Of a stretch of DNA of 64,000 nucleotides, positions 38,897 through 49,101 are shown piece by piece (within the stretch, counting starts at the first letter, position 1; every line of letters starts with the position of its first letter). Below the pieces are notes generated by a model, which did not search any database, was not told the origin of the DNA, and was given only the letters and a program-made list of their open reading frames with translations. Origin of the DNA: Parcubacteria group bacterium (GTDB lineage: Bacteria; Patescibacteriota; Minisyncoccia; Phycocordibacterales; UBA2100). Where the stretch lies: assembly GCA_943358385.1 (NCBI GenBank), contig CALRGX010000001.1, positions 66,380-130,379 of the forward strand, in the 5' to 3' direction. Made by a program: the position numbers and the translations under genes.

Positions 38897-39961
38897 CTAC
38901 CCACGCGCAATCAGTTCGTCGTGATACTGTTCTTCAAAAAGGTGCCAGAGGGCTAGGAAAAGAGCGGCAACCACGGGACCCAAGACCACTCCAGCAATAC
39001 CGAAGGTGGCGATACCACCAAGGACGGACAAAAGGATAAGAGAGTCTGGCATATTAGTGTCTTTGCCAACCAGTATCGGACGCAGAATGTTGTCGATAGT
39101 ACTGATGACCACGCTTCCTCCCAGTGCAATCACCAGTGCACCAAAAGTGTCGCCCATGTAGAAGAGGATGAGTGCCGCAGGAATCCACACGACTGCCGGT
39201 CCTGCCGCAGGAATTATTGCAAAGAGCGCAATCGCGGCGCCCCACAACGCGGCACTTTTCACACCAGCAACAGCAAACAAGATGCCTCCAATGCCACCCT
39301 GCACGAGGGCAACAATCAGCGTGCCTTTCATGACCGCGCGCACGGTGGCACTGAATCGTTCAAAAAGAAATAGCTCGCGCGTGTCTCCCAGAGGGAACAT
39401 ACGCATGAGGCGCGAGGCGATTTTTTCACCATCACGCAGGAAAAAGAAAAGGAGGTACAGCATCACCAAAATCTTTGCCAGTACATTCAATACTTCTGCG
39501 CCAACGCCCAACGCGCCCTGTGCAATCGCGCTTCCTGTGCTGCGGATGGTTTCTGCAAACGATACTTGCAACTCTGCGGGGGTCGTTTGGAGGCGGTCGA
39601 GTGCGAAAGCAACGGGAGGCAATGCCCACAGATGTTCCATTGAAAGGGTAAGGTCTTGTGTGGAGAGTGTTTGGTACACGGAAATGCTTTCTTTGGCAAC
39701 GATGCCACCCACCACACTAATCGGAGTAAAGACGGTGATGAGGGCAATCAACATGGTTGCGATTGTGGCGAGTGTGCGCATGCCGTGCATCATGCGGGTA
39801 AGGTGGTAACACAGCGGGCTAAAAACAATTGCCAAAACTACTGCCCAAATAATAGGCATCAAGTAATCTGAAATGAGGTAGAGGAATCCCGCACTAGCAC
39901 CCAGAAGTAGTCCAAAAAAAGTAGCCGTTTTTACGTAACCAAATGAAGATGCTTGCTGCAT
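38897..39961 (-). CDS. AI-2E family transporter
   Basis: FFLRDG, IDNILRP, GVVLGP; many TMs. Confidence 0.9.
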   Translation of the reverse strand: MQQASSFGYVKTATFFGLLLGASAGFLYLISDYLMPIIWAVVLAIVFSPLCYHLTRMMHGMRTLATIATMLIALITVFTPISVVGGIVAKESISVYQTLSTQDLTLSMEHLWALPPVAFALDRLQTTPAELQVSFAETIRSTGSAIAQGALGVGAEVLNVLAKILVMLYLLFFFLRDGEKIASRLMRMFPLGDTRELFLFERFSATVRAVMKGTLIVALVQGGIGGILFAVAGVKSAALWGAAIALFAIIPAAGPAVVWIPAALILFYMGDTFGALVIALGGSVVISTIDNILRPILVGKDTNMPDSLILLSVLGGIATFGIAGVVLGPVVAALFLALWHLFEEQYHDELIARG

Positions 39962-39981
39962 AGAGGAAGTATAGCGCATCC

Positions 39982-41511
39982 CTAGTTACCCAACGTGAAG
40001 TCAGGCTGGGTTTCCATATAGCGAATAAAGTTCTCGTCGAACCACAGTGCCGTGTCGATTTCGCTTTGAGGAGGTGTGGCTGATGCGTTGGTGGGCACGG
40101 TCCGTGCAGTTTTGGTGTGAGTAAGGGGAGTGAGATATGCCAGTAGATTTTCCAAAATAGTGCGCGCCTCGCGAAGGAGTGACTGTAGGCTATAGGCGGT
40201 CGATGCGGAAATAGGTGCCGGTTCAAACGGAGTTGGTGCAAAAGTAGGGTTAACACTGTTTGGCTGTACAGGAGTTACTGTTGTCGGCGTGATGGCGGTC
40301 GGGTCGCTCGGTGGCGTGGGTGGCACCAGTCTGATCTGTGTATTGGTGAGTTCGGTAACGGTAGTGGTCGAAAGAGGGTGGGTAGTGGTTGCGGGAGGCG
40401 TGGTTGTTGGGGTGGGTATGAGTATATCTGGTGGTAGGGGTGTCACGGGAGTTATCGGAGTAGGAGTAACGACTGGTGTGGGTGCGGGTGCCACAGGTGC
40501 CGCACCTGTTTGCAGCTGATTGAATGCATTTTGCAGAGCCTGGAGCAGACCTTGATGTTGTGCCTGCCCTTGGCAACGCTGAGCATAGTTCATGCATGCT
40601 TGCGGATTGACCGGGGTACTCTTGCATTGCGCCGCCAGTTGTTCACATCCATTGCCCGCGCCGAAAAGTGCACGTGCCGCATCAGTAAAGGGATTGGTGG
40701 GTACCGCTGGGCGAGTTGAGGCGGGTGGGGTAGGCGAGGTAGGGGCTGTCGGGAATGGGGCGGGCGTATCCAATCCTCCTGTGGCACACCCTGAGGCTTC
40801 GACGTGCCAAGGATCGCTCGCTCCCGCGCCTACTTTAGAAAAAAGTTTTGCCTCACGTGCCGCATCAAGCAGCTGGTAGGTACGTGGGCAGCTCGCTTTT
40901 CCGCAGCTCTTGTCGTTGATATCAAAGGCAAGTCCTTTCACGTGTGGACACACTGCATACCAGTTCAAGTCGGTGGTACAGCTTACTTGTCTGCCACAGA
41001 CCACCGAGTTATTGGTATCGAGGCACGACGCGCGCTGGTGCGCTGGTGAGCGTAATCCTGCATTGATGCAAGGTTGGTAGCCCTTCTTCTCTGCTTCTTG
41101 GAAAAAGTTTGCAAAGCAGCGCAGTACGCCCGGATTGGTCCCCGAGCGGCCATCTGTTTGCGTGGTGTAGTTGAAATACACATATCCTTCTTTGATTTTG
41201 TACCACTCTTTTGGGTCGATACTTTTTTCATTGAACCCTGGAGGAAAACCAAACTGTTTTCCATCACACATTTTCGTCGATAAGTACTGGATTGCCGCGT
41301 ACGTTTCATCAGGCTTGAGTTTGGCGATGGTGCTCGGATCGATACAGCGGCCGCGCACGATGGGCCCCATCACAGCTATGTCAGCCGCGGTTGCTTCTCG
41401 TCCACCGGGAGGGCAATCGAGTGCGTGTGCATGAGACGGTGAGAACGATAGCGTGGCGAGAAAAAAGAAAACGGTAACAAGGTGTATGTGCGCTTTGGCG
41501 CGAAAAGGCAT
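39982..41511 (-). CDS. secreted M15-family (D-Ala-D-Ala-type) Zn peptidase with Pro/Thr-rich tail
   Basis: signal peptide AHA|L; GLRSPAHQ, HVKGLAFD, DPWH. Confidence 0.75.
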   Translation of the reverse strand: MPFRAKAHIHLVTVFFFLATLSFSPSHAHALDCPPGGREATAADIAVMGPIVRGRCIDPSTIAKLKPDETYAAIQYLSTKMCDGKQFGFPPGFNEKSIDPKEWYKIKEGYVYFNYTTQTDGRSGTNPGVLRCFANFFQEAEKKGYQPCINAGLRSPAHQRASCLDTNNSVVCGRQVSCTTDLNWYAVCPHVKGLAFDINDKSCGKASCPRTYQLLDAAREAKLFSKVGAGASDPWHVEASGCATGGLDTPAPFPTAPTSPTPPASTRPAVPTNPFTDAARALFGAGNGCEQLAAQCKSTPVNPQACMNYAQRCQGQAQHQGLLQALQNAFNQLQTGAAPVAPAPTPVVTPTPITPVTPLPPDILIPTPTTTPPATTTHPLSTTTVTELTNTQIRLVPPTPPSDPTAITPTTVTPVQPNSVNPTFAPTPFEPAPISASTAYSLQSLLREARTILENLLAYLTPLTHTKTARTVPTNASATPPQSEIDTALWFDENFIRYMETQPDFTLGN

Positions 41512-41523
41512 GACACCAGTATA

Positions 41524-41555
41524 TCAAGCACGCGCCCAAAAGGGCGCGTGCTTGA
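41524..41555 (-). terminator. hairpin terminator
   Basis: TCAAGCACGCGCCC..GGGCGCGTGCTTGA. Confidence 0.55.
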
Positions 41556-41575
41556 GGTACACAGGGTACGATGTG

Positions 41576-42193
41576 TTACTTCTGCTGCATGTTGGCGCGG
41601 TGTCCCATGCTGCCCATTCCTTTACCGTGTCGTCCGGGGGTGATACCCAGTTCGTTCATGATTGCTTTGGCTGCTTCGCGATCACCGCTTTCCATAAGTC
41701 GGTGCGCTTCAGCAAACTGAGCAAAATTTTCTGCAGTCACTTCGCTTTCGAAGGGTGATCCAGCGACCGCAGCTTTGAACGCGGCGAAGCCCTTGTTCTG
41801 CAGTGCCACGCGCACCGCTTCATGTGTCGCACGATGGTTCTGCATGTCAGCTATGCGTGCGTCGGCTTGCGCTTGGGTAAGCTTTCCGCTTTGCACTGAC
41901 TGTGCCAAACGTTCACGCATGGCTACTTCACGCGCCGATTCCATGTCCTCACGTGTAATGCCTGCAGCAGCGAGCATCTCTTTTGGGTTTTCACCGTTTT
42001 GGATGCGCGTGCGGAATTCATCTTGAGTAAGGCCCAAGAGTTGTGCCTCGACAGCGCCATGGCCGCGACCTCCTTGCCCCATGTGGCTGCGCACCTTTCC
42101 TTGCAATGCGGTCGTATCTACCGCCGCATACGCCGTACCCGATGCGGCAAGTCCTGCTAAGAGCAACCCCGCAACAATGTAGTGTTTATTCAT
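41576..42193 (-). CDS. secreted helical protein of the ECF module
   Basis: signal peptide AYA|A; GKLTQAQAD motif. Confidence 0.7.
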   Translation of the reverse strand: MNKHYIVAGLLLAGLAASGTAYAAVDTTALQGKVRSHMGQGGRGHGAVEAQLLGLTQDEFRTRIQNGENPKEMLAAAGITREDMESAREVAMRERLAQSVQSGKLTQAQADARIADMQNHRATHEAVRVALQNKGFAAFKAAVAGSPFESEVTAENFAQFAEAHRLMESGDREAAKAIMNELGITPGRHGKGMGSMGHRANMQQK

Positions 42194-42355
42194 ATGTTCT
42201 TTGTTAGTGAAACCAGTAATGCAGAGATAGCGCAAGCCACTACGAATCGAGACCACGTGTGAGCGCCCTTACAGGGGGAATGTGTTGCTCTCGATGTCTC
42301 TCGTGGCCGCGAGCGTCCCCGCACTACTAACTACACCAGCGGATAGGGAAGTATT

Positions 42356-43093
42356 TCAACGTGTCGATGTTTCGAGCGACGGTAGTCCTTTGAAACCTCG
42401 TTTGGGAAAGAGTACTCGCTCTTTATTGAGTGGTCGTATGCCGAAAGCGGCGATACTCCCATCCACCAGTTCTCCAAACACAACCACCGTGTCGCCGATG
42501 CTGAGCGACGGTGGGCGGCGGGTCTCTTTGTTCATGATAATTACGGTAGTTGAGCCGGTGCGTGTTTCGATGACGAAACGCTCGCCAATCTCGATAATTT
42601 CGCCTACATGAATGTTAGGGCGCTCATGCAAGGCGCCTTCATAAAAGCGGGCACCCAGTGGCGGTAGTTTGCCTTCGCGACCCATGCGAAACATGCGTTC
42701 ATGGAGTGTGGTGTGTGCTACAAGGCTCGCGCCAACAATGGTGATCGACAAGACCGCCAGTGCTGAGTACAGAACGGGGCGTCGATATACAACCGCAAAG
42801 TGCATCCCCAAAATTTCAATAGTGGCGATGAGCATCATAATCGCGAGCCCTATGAGCCATGGCAGAGAGAAGAGAAGCGGCAATATGCCGTGCATGCCCA
42901 GGCTTGGTGCCGCCAACAGACCATTGCCTCGCAGCATGAATATTGCGAAGCTGAGAAGGAAAAGGGCCACTGCAAATGATAGAAGAATGGCGATGAGCCA
43001 CAAAGCGGTATGAGTGAGGAAAAAGAGCCGTGAGCGCATGCGCACCTGGTCGGTTTTGATGGCGCCCATAATGTGCTCTTTCAGATGCTTCAT
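42356..43093 (-). CDS. membrane protein, probable anti-sigma factor
   Basis: 3 TMs; ATGA-coupled to the ECF sigma. Confidence 0.65.
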   Translation of the reverse strand: MKHLKEHIMGAIKTDQVRMRSRLFFLTHTALWLIAILLSFAVALFLLSFAIFMLRGNGLLAAPSLGMHGILPLLFSLPWLIGLAIMMLIATIEILGMHFAVVYRRPVLYSALAVLSITIVGASLVAHTTLHERMFRMGREGKLPPLGARFYEGALHERPNIHVGEIIEIGERFVIETRTGSTTVIIMNKETRRPPSLSIGDTVVVFGELVDGSIAAFGIRPLNKERVLFPKRGFKGLPSLETSTR

Positions 43094-43629
43094 ATAAGTG
43101 GTGGCATTATTTTTTTAAGTGCTGCTCTTGCGCGTGCCAGTCGAACACCGACGGTTGCTTTTGGTATTTGAAGGATGGCGGCGATATCTTCATAGCTCTT
43201 CTCTTCGTAATAAAAAAGCACAATGGCCTCGCGATACTTCGGGTCCAGTGTCGCAATAAAAGGCGCCATATCAACTACATCAGGCATATCTGGTTGTGTC
43301 TCGTCTGGGATGCCAGCGGGGAAGAAGGTATCCAAATCAACGAACCGGACTTTTTCTCGACCACGGCTGCGGATGAGATTTACATATACGTTGTGTGCAA
43401 CGCGATAAAGCCACGGCGAGAAGCGCTCGGTGCTGCGGTAGCTCTGAATGCGCTCGTAGGCGCGCAGAAACACATCCTGCACGGCATCCTCCCGGTCTTC
43501 GTAATGCGAAAGAAAACGCTGTGCGTACCTGCTCATTTTCGGTTCGTATCTATCAACGAGGACGCCAAAAGCTTCCGTATCGCCCTGTTGTACTCGGGCA
43601 GCTACCAGTTCGTCTGATTCAGATTCCAT
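43090..43629 (-). CDS. ECF RNA polymerase sigma factor
   Basis: AFGVLVDRY, DAVQDVF, WLYRVAHN, SYEDIA..TVGVRLARAR. Confidence 0.95.
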   Translation of the reverse strand: MESESDELVAARVQQGDTEAFGVLVDRYEPKMSRYAQRFLSHYEDREDAVQDVFLRAYERIQSYRSTERFSPWLYRVAHNVYVNLIRSRGREKVRFVDLDTFFPAGIPDETQPDMPDVVDMAPFIATLDPKYREAIVLFYYEEKSYEDIAAILQIPKATVGVRLARARAALKKIMPPLI

Positions 43630-43761
43630 ACAGGTAGCGTTGATACTACGGCTAGTACACGCCCGGTCAAGGAAATATTTCATGGTGGCTTCATGATTAA
43701 AGGGGTGGGGCTGCGATGCATGAAATAAAGAGCCTGTCGCGGTGTACAATATAAGACGTCT

Positions 43762-45666
43762 ATGGCGAAAACCCTGCGCTGGTCACCAAACGCGATGCCT
43801 CGCATGAGCGGGCTGTATGGCTATGTGCGTACACATAAAATGTATGTCGTAGGGGCGCTCATGGTGGCGGGTGTCGCCGCATATGGTGCGTACAGTTACT
43901 GGGGGACGACACCCACTGAAACTCGCTACATTCCGTATGCGGTGCGCATGACCGATATAGAAAGCACGGTCTCAGGCTCCGGCCAGCTCTCAGCTTCCAA
44001 TCAAATTGACTTAAAAACAAAAGTGAGTGGGGAAGTGGTTTATGTTGGGGTGAAAGCGGGGGACAGCGTGCGCGCTGGAGCAACCCTGGTGCAGTTGGAT
44101 ACCCGCAGTGCGCAAAAATCGGTTCGCGATGCGGAGGCAAATCTACAGAGCGCTAAACTGTCGTTGCAGAAATTAGAGCAGCCCCCAACAAACCTCGAGA
44201 TACTTCAGGCGGAAAATGCAGTTGCACAGGCAGTGCAAGGAAAAGCAGATGCAGTAGAAAATCTCGCCAGTTCATATGAGAGCGGTTTCAATACGACAGC
44301 GGATGCATTTCTAGACCTGCCCACCATCATGGCCGGCCTCAACACGGTACTCTATGGACACACAGTCAATACGTCGCAAGACAATATCAATGCCTATCGC
44401 GAGCTGGTACGTGATAAAGACCCCGGCATTATCGAACTCTCAGAAACAGTGATTGCCTCGTATCAAGATGCACGTGATTCCTACGATGCAGTCTTCGACA
44501 CATACAGTAGCTTGAGCCGCACGTCGTCGACAGCTGATATTGAGCGCCTCATTAAAGAAAGCTACAGCGCGACGCGTGATATTGCGGAAGCGGTGAAGCG
44601 AACGGCTGATTTTTTGAATCATGTCAACGATGTGGCAACGACGTACGACAAGACTATTCCAAGCGCGTACACCACACATAAGAGCAGTCTTGATTCCTAC
44701 ACGAGCACGATGAGTGCTCATGTCACCAATCTTCTCACTGCAAAAAACGCCATCGAAAGCGCGCGCGTGGCCATTACCACGAGCGAACGCACGCTTGCCG
44801 AACGACAGGCATCGCTCGTTGATCTGAAGTCAGGAAGCGACACTATCGATCTGGAATCACAGCGTATTAGTGTACGGCAGAGAGAAAATGCGCTACGAGA
44901 TGCAAAAGAAACATTGGCCGACTACTATGTGCGCGCGCCTTTTGATGGAGTCATGGCCACCCTCGATGTCCAAAAAGGAGAAAGTGTTTCTGGGACCATT
45001 GGGACGTTCATCACCAAAAGTGCCGTTGCTGAAGTAACCTTAAACGAAGTTGATGTGGCGCAAGTGGCGGTAGGTCAAGTGGCGACGCTCACTTTCGACG
45101 CGCTCGAAGATGTCGAGCTGACGGGTGAAGTGCTCTCTATCGATCCGGTGGGGACGGTTACGCAAGGTGTGGTTTCCTACGGAGTGAAAATTGGTTTTAA
45201 AGCAGGAGACGCGCGCATCAAGCCAGGGATGAGTGTGAGTGCCACCATTGTGATTGCGTCAAGAAAAGACGTACTAACGGTCCCATTGGCAGCGGTGAAG
45301 AGCGATCGCACCGGCTCGTACGTGGACGTGCTTGATGGAGTAGACGTGCCGGCTTTTCCAGTACGAAATAGCGCATCAACCTCGCCAGATAGAAACGCAG
45401 AAAAAACAGTGCCTGAGCGCAGTACGATATTTACTGAAGGTGTAGTACCTGCCAGTGCGCCCCGAAAAGTATCCGTCGAAACTGGCATTGCAAACGACAC
45501 TATGGTCGAAATCGTCTCAGGGCTCGCCGCGGGCGACATCATTGTATCCAGAACAATTACTGACGCTGGTGTTACAACGGCGGGAGCACCACAGACATCA
45601 CTCTTCCCAACACCCGGGGGTAACCGCCAAGGAGGGCAGCGTACTAACGGTGCTATACCACGCTAG
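43762..45666 (+). CDS. membrane fusion (periplasmic adaptor) protein, MacA-like with long coiled coil
   Basis: VKAGDSV, VRAPFDG, IKPGMS, GLAAGD. Confidence 0.9.
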   Translation: MAKTLRWSPNAMPRMSGLYGYVRTHKMYVVGALMVAGVAAYGAYSYWGTTPTETRYIPYAVRMTDIESTVSGSGQLSASNQIDLKTKVSGEVVYVGVKAGDSVRAGATLVQLDTRSAQKSVRDAEANLQSAKLSLQKLEQPPTNLEILQAENAVAQAVQGKADAVENLASSYESGFNTTADAFLDLPTIMAGLNTVLYGHTVNTSQDNINAYRELVRDKDPGIIELSETVIASYQDARDSYDAVFDTYSSLSRTSSTADIERLIKESYSATRDIAEAVKRTADFLNHVNDVATTYDKTIPSAYTTHKSSLDSYTSTMSAHVTNLLTAKNAIESARVAITTSERTLAERQASLVDLKSGSDTIDLESQRISVRQRENALRDAKETLADYYVRAPFDGVMATLDVQKGESVSGTIGTFITKSAVAEVTLNEVDVAQVAVGQVATLTFDALEDVELTGEVLSIDPVGTVTQGVVSYGVKIGFKAGDARIKPGMSVSATIVIASRKDVLTVPLAAVKSDRTGSYVDVLDGVDVPAFPVRNSASTSPDRNAEKTVPERSTIFTEGVVPASAPRKVSVETGIANDTMVEIVSGLAAGDIIVSRTITDAGVTTAGAPQTSLFPTPGGNRQGGQRTNGAIPR

Positions 45667-45669
45667 CGT

Positions 45670-46371
45670 GTGATCGAGCTAAAAAACATAACGAAGACGT
45701 ACCAGATGGGTGACGTCGAAACCGAAGTCCTCAAGGGTATTTCTTTTACTATTCAAAAAGGTGAATTTGTCGCCATTATGGGGCCGTCAGGCTCAGGCAA
45801 ATCAACGCTCATGCATATTATTGGTGCCCTTGATACGCCAACGTCTGGTACCTACACGCTTGATAAAAAAGACATTAGTGCGATGACCGATGACGAATTG
45901 GCAAACATTCGCGCCAATACCATCGGTTTTGTATTTCAAGCATTCAATCTCTTGCCGCGGGCAACGGTATTGAGAAATGTTCTGCTGCCCTTGGTATATG
46001 CTGAAATGGGAGATGCAGAGCGCATACATCGCGCAGAGCAGGCGCTGCGCGCGGTTGCCATGCCTGAAGATCGCTGGCTGCACCATAGCAACGAAATTTC
46101 AGGTGGGCAGAAGCAACGCGTCGCGATTGCGCGAGCGCTCGTGAATAATCCAAAGCTTATTTTGGCAGACGAACCTACGGGAAACCTCGATACCAAAACA
46201 GGGGAGATTGTGCTCGCGACATTTCGTGAACTCAATGAGGAATCGGGCCACACCATTATTTTGATTACGCATGAGCGCGACGTGGCAGAACACGCAGACC
46301 GAATCATACACATCAGAGATGGCTCAATAGAAAAAGATGATGTGTTGCGTACCCGTCATAAAAAGCACTAA
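45670..46371 (+). CDS. ABC transporter ATPase (MacB/LolD-like)
   Basis: [27 protein letters not shown]. Confidence 0.95.
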   Translation: MIELKNITKTYQMGDVETEVLKGISFTIQKGEFVAIMGPSGSGKSTLMHIIGALDTPTSGTYTLDKKDISAMTDDELANIRANTIGFVFQAFNLLPRATVLRNVLLPLVYAEMGDAERIHRAEQALRAVAMPEDRWLHHSNEISGGQKQRVAIARALVNNPKLILADEPTGNLDTKTGEIVLATFRELNEESGHTIILITHERDVAEHADRIIHIRDGSIEKDDVLRTRHKKH

Positions 46372-46372
46372 T

Positions 46373-47596
46373 ATGAAGTGGCAAGATATCGTCAAAGAAT
46401 CAGTCGGAGCACTTGCGGTAAACAAAACGCGGTCACTCCTCACCATGCTCGGTATCGTGATTGGTATCGGTTCCGTGATTGGTATGGTGGCGTTGGGGCA
46501 AGGGGCACAAAACACGATTCAGGCAAATATTCAGAGCATCGGCTCTAACCTATTGATTGTGCGGCCTGGGTCCCAGCAAGGGCCAGGGAACCCACTCCGT
46601 GGTGGGGTAGGGTCGGCAACCACGCTGACCCTAGATGACGCCGAGGCGATTGAAGAACAAGTGCAGGGAATTTCTGGTGTGGCGCCGGAAGTATCAAGTA
46701 GGCAGCAGGTAACTGCGCGTGGTACCAACACAAACACCTCCATAACAGGCGTTACCGAAATCTATTCTGCAGTGCGCAACATTGCTGTTACCGAAGGGGT
46801 ATTTATATCGAGTCAGCACCTCAGCCGTGCGGCAAAGGTGGCTATTCTGGGGCCTACGGTGCGCACGGACTTATTCGGGGAAGGTGTTGATGTGCTGGGG
46901 CAGAAAGTTCGTATCAATAAAACGGACTACACCATTATTGGAGTGACGGTTGCGAAAGGTGGAGGAGGTTTCGGCAGCTCGGATGATGCTATTTACATCC
47001 CGCTCACCACTGCCCAGCGCTACCTCACGGGAAACGACAAGGTGAGCGTGATCAACGTGGCCGCTGCTGAAGCGGGCTCGATGACCACCATTCAGGCCGA
47101 CATAACGACCGTCCTGTTGGACACGCATCATATAAATGATCCTGCATCAGCTGACTTTTCAGTATTTAATCAGGCCGACATTGTGGCAACGGCGAGCTCT
47201 ATCACACAAACATTCACTATTTTGCTCGGCGCTGTGGCGGGCATCTCACTGTTGGTAGGCGGCATTGGCATTATGAACATGATGCTCACTTCGGTTACCG
47301 AACGTACACGCGAGATTGGATTGCGCAAAGCAATAGGCGCTAAGAATAAAGACATCAGTAGGCAATTTTTACTTGAGGCTGTGCTCCTTACCTTGGTCGG
47401 TGGCATCTTGGGCATTCTCCTGGGTTGGAGCATTGCACTGATTGCTAACAAACTCGCCAACATCGCCGCCAGTGTCTCTCTCTTCTCTATCATGTTGGCG
47501 GTGAGTGTATCCACCATTATCGGCATTGTGTTTGGCTACTACCCGGCACGCAAAGCAGCGCATCTGAACCCCATTGATGCCTTGCGCTACGAATAG
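46373..47596 (+). CDS. MacB-like ABC permease
   Basis: RSLLTMLGIVIG, GGIGIMNMM..ERTREIGLRKAIGA, PIDALRYE. Confidence 0.95.
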   Translation: MKWQDIVKESVGALAVNKTRSLLTMLGIVIGIGSVIGMVALGQGAQNTIQANIQSIGSNLLIVRPGSQQGPGNPLRGGVGSATTLTLDDAEAIEEQVQGISGVAPEVSSRQQVTARGTNTNTSITGVTEIYSAVRNIAVTEGVFISSQHLSRAAKVAILGPTVRTDLFGEGVDVLGQKVRINKTDYTIIGVTVAKGGGGFGSSDDAIYIPLTTAQRYLTGNDKVSVINVAAAEAGSMTTIQADITTVLLDTHHINDPASADFSVFNQADIVATASSITQTFTILLGAVAGISLLVGGIGIMNMMLTSVTERTREIGLRKAIGAKNKDISRQFLLEAVLLTLVGGILGILLGWSIALIANKLANIAASVSLFSIMLAVSVSTIIGIVFGYYPARKAAHLNPIDALRYE

Positions 47597-48600
47597 CGCG
47601 ACGTTGTGCGGATTACGCTACCGCGCACCTTTTCCCACAGCAGTGGTAAGTAGATCAACAACTGCCCCACCACGGGGAGGTCGTACAGTAATCTTTTTAT
47701 TGATTGGTCGCCCAGGAAAGGGGAATGGAAAAACATGACGATGACGAGTATGAGAAGTGGGTTAAATTCAATACCCATCACCATGAATGTGCCAATGTGG
47801 AAGACGAGGAGAAGCACAGCCCAGACTTTCTGGAGAGACATACGCACCATAACCCACAGTGAAAAAAACTGGATGAATTGAATCGCCACGTACGGAAACC
47901 AGCCCCATTCAGGGTGAGCAATGATAAACGGTGCAAGCACTGCCTCACGCTGGAGTTTTGGAATCCAATCTGCAATTTGATACGCAAATGCATGCATAGA
48001 AAATCCATGTATCTCTCCGGCAAGGTACTGCATCGCGGTGCCCAGGAGTTTGTGGAATCCCGCCATGGTGTACATAAGCATCATGATGGCCTGTGCAGCC
48101 CATACGTAGAGGAGGAAGGTTCGGCGTGTGTCGCGAGATGCATCGTGCTGGTGCCAGAGGTTGGGTAAGAACACAAAAAAAGCGGCGACGTACACCCACA
48201 GGTACCATTGATGATTGGGGCCACCAAAAGAACTCTCTAGCGCGTGTGCTTGCCAGAAGGCAAAAAATACCAAGAGGCGTCCGATGCGATAAGGGTGCGC
48301 GAGGACACCGATGAGAGTGCAGATGACGAACGCAAAGCGCACAATGTTGTACGTTGCTTCGTAGGAAAGATCGAACTGTTGTACCCACCACAGTGGCCAG
48401 ATGGGGTCAAAGTTTTGTTTGGTTGCCCACATGCCCGTGAAAAAGAGGAATGCGCCAAACGGGGCAAGGTAGTAGAAGTAAGACACCAAGGTGCGCGCTT
48501 TTTCCATCACTGCATCGTCTGCGGCAAATAGTGTGAGAGAAGGGAAGCGAATGGTGTTCGCCACTCTTCCTACATACTGCAGTATCAGTGGATGCATCAT
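47587..48600 (-). CDS. HTTM/SdpB-like multi-pass membrane protein
   Basis: NH, YTMAGFHKL, FHIGTFMVMGI pattern. Confidence 0.65.
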   Translation of the reverse strand: MMHPLILQYVGRVANTIRFPSLTLFAADDAVMEKARTLVSYFYYLAPFGAFLFFTGMWATKQNFDPIWPLWWVQQFDLSYEATYNIVRFAFVICTLIGVLAHPYRIGRLLVFFAFWQAHALESSFGGPNHQWYLWVYVAAFFVFLPNLWHQHDASRDTRRTFLLYVWAAQAIMMLMYTMAGFHKLLGTAMQYLAGEIHGFSMHAFAYQIADWIPKLQREAVLAPFIIAHPEWGWFPYVAIQFIQFFSLWVMVRMSLQKVWAVLLLVFHIGTFMVMGIEFNPLLILVIVMFFHSPFLGDQSIKRLLYDLPVVGQLLIYLPLLWEKVRGSVIRTTSRYS

Positions 48601-49061
48601 AGGCCGCTCGTGAATACACCGAGAGAAGTGGTCGAAATAAAGGACTGGTGCTGCCAATATTCGAGAGGATCATAGCGCACGCGCAAAAGATCATACGTAA
48701 ACGCCGCGTTTCCAAACATGTGCTCGAAGCGCTTTTTTTCGCGAGTGAAACGTTCAGTGTCACCACGGTCGAGTGCCATACCCATGTTTTCAATCATGGG
48801 AGTGTACTGTGTGGGGGACTGCCCAAGAAGCTCGAACAGTTGGCGGCTCTCATCAAACCTGAGTGCTGGGGTGTAGGTGTTCACGCCCAGGCGCGAAATA
48901 GCCACCGTATAGGTGGTCTTCTCGTTGGGAATGGTAGAGAAGAGAGACCATGAAAAGACGGGATAGCGTTCGTTCCCATAAAAGTAGTTGTCGTAGAGGC
49001 CAATACAGAAATAGAGGGCCAGTACGATGAGAATGATGCGCTTCTGTGCCTCGTACGTCAT
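48597..49061 (-). CDS. single-pass partner of the HTTM protein
   Basis: TM then YPVFSWSLFS; ATGA overlap with the next gene. Confidence 0.65.
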   Translation of the reverse strand: MTYEAQKRIILIVLALYFCIGLYDNYFYGNERYPVFSWSLFSTIPNEKTTYTVAISRLGVNTYTPALRFDESRQLFELLGQSPTQYTPMIENMGMALDRGDTERFTREKKRFEHMFGNAAFTYDLLRVRYDPLEYWQHQSFISTTSLGVFTSGL

Positions 49062-49101
49062 GCGAGGGAATATAGCACCTGCTGATTGTGCATGCATTGA
49101 G

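Noticed and set aside
43762-47596. MacAB-like exporter as the RiPP transporter
   Set aside because: 36 kb from the cluster and tied to its own ECF sigma module; nothing in the sequence links them.
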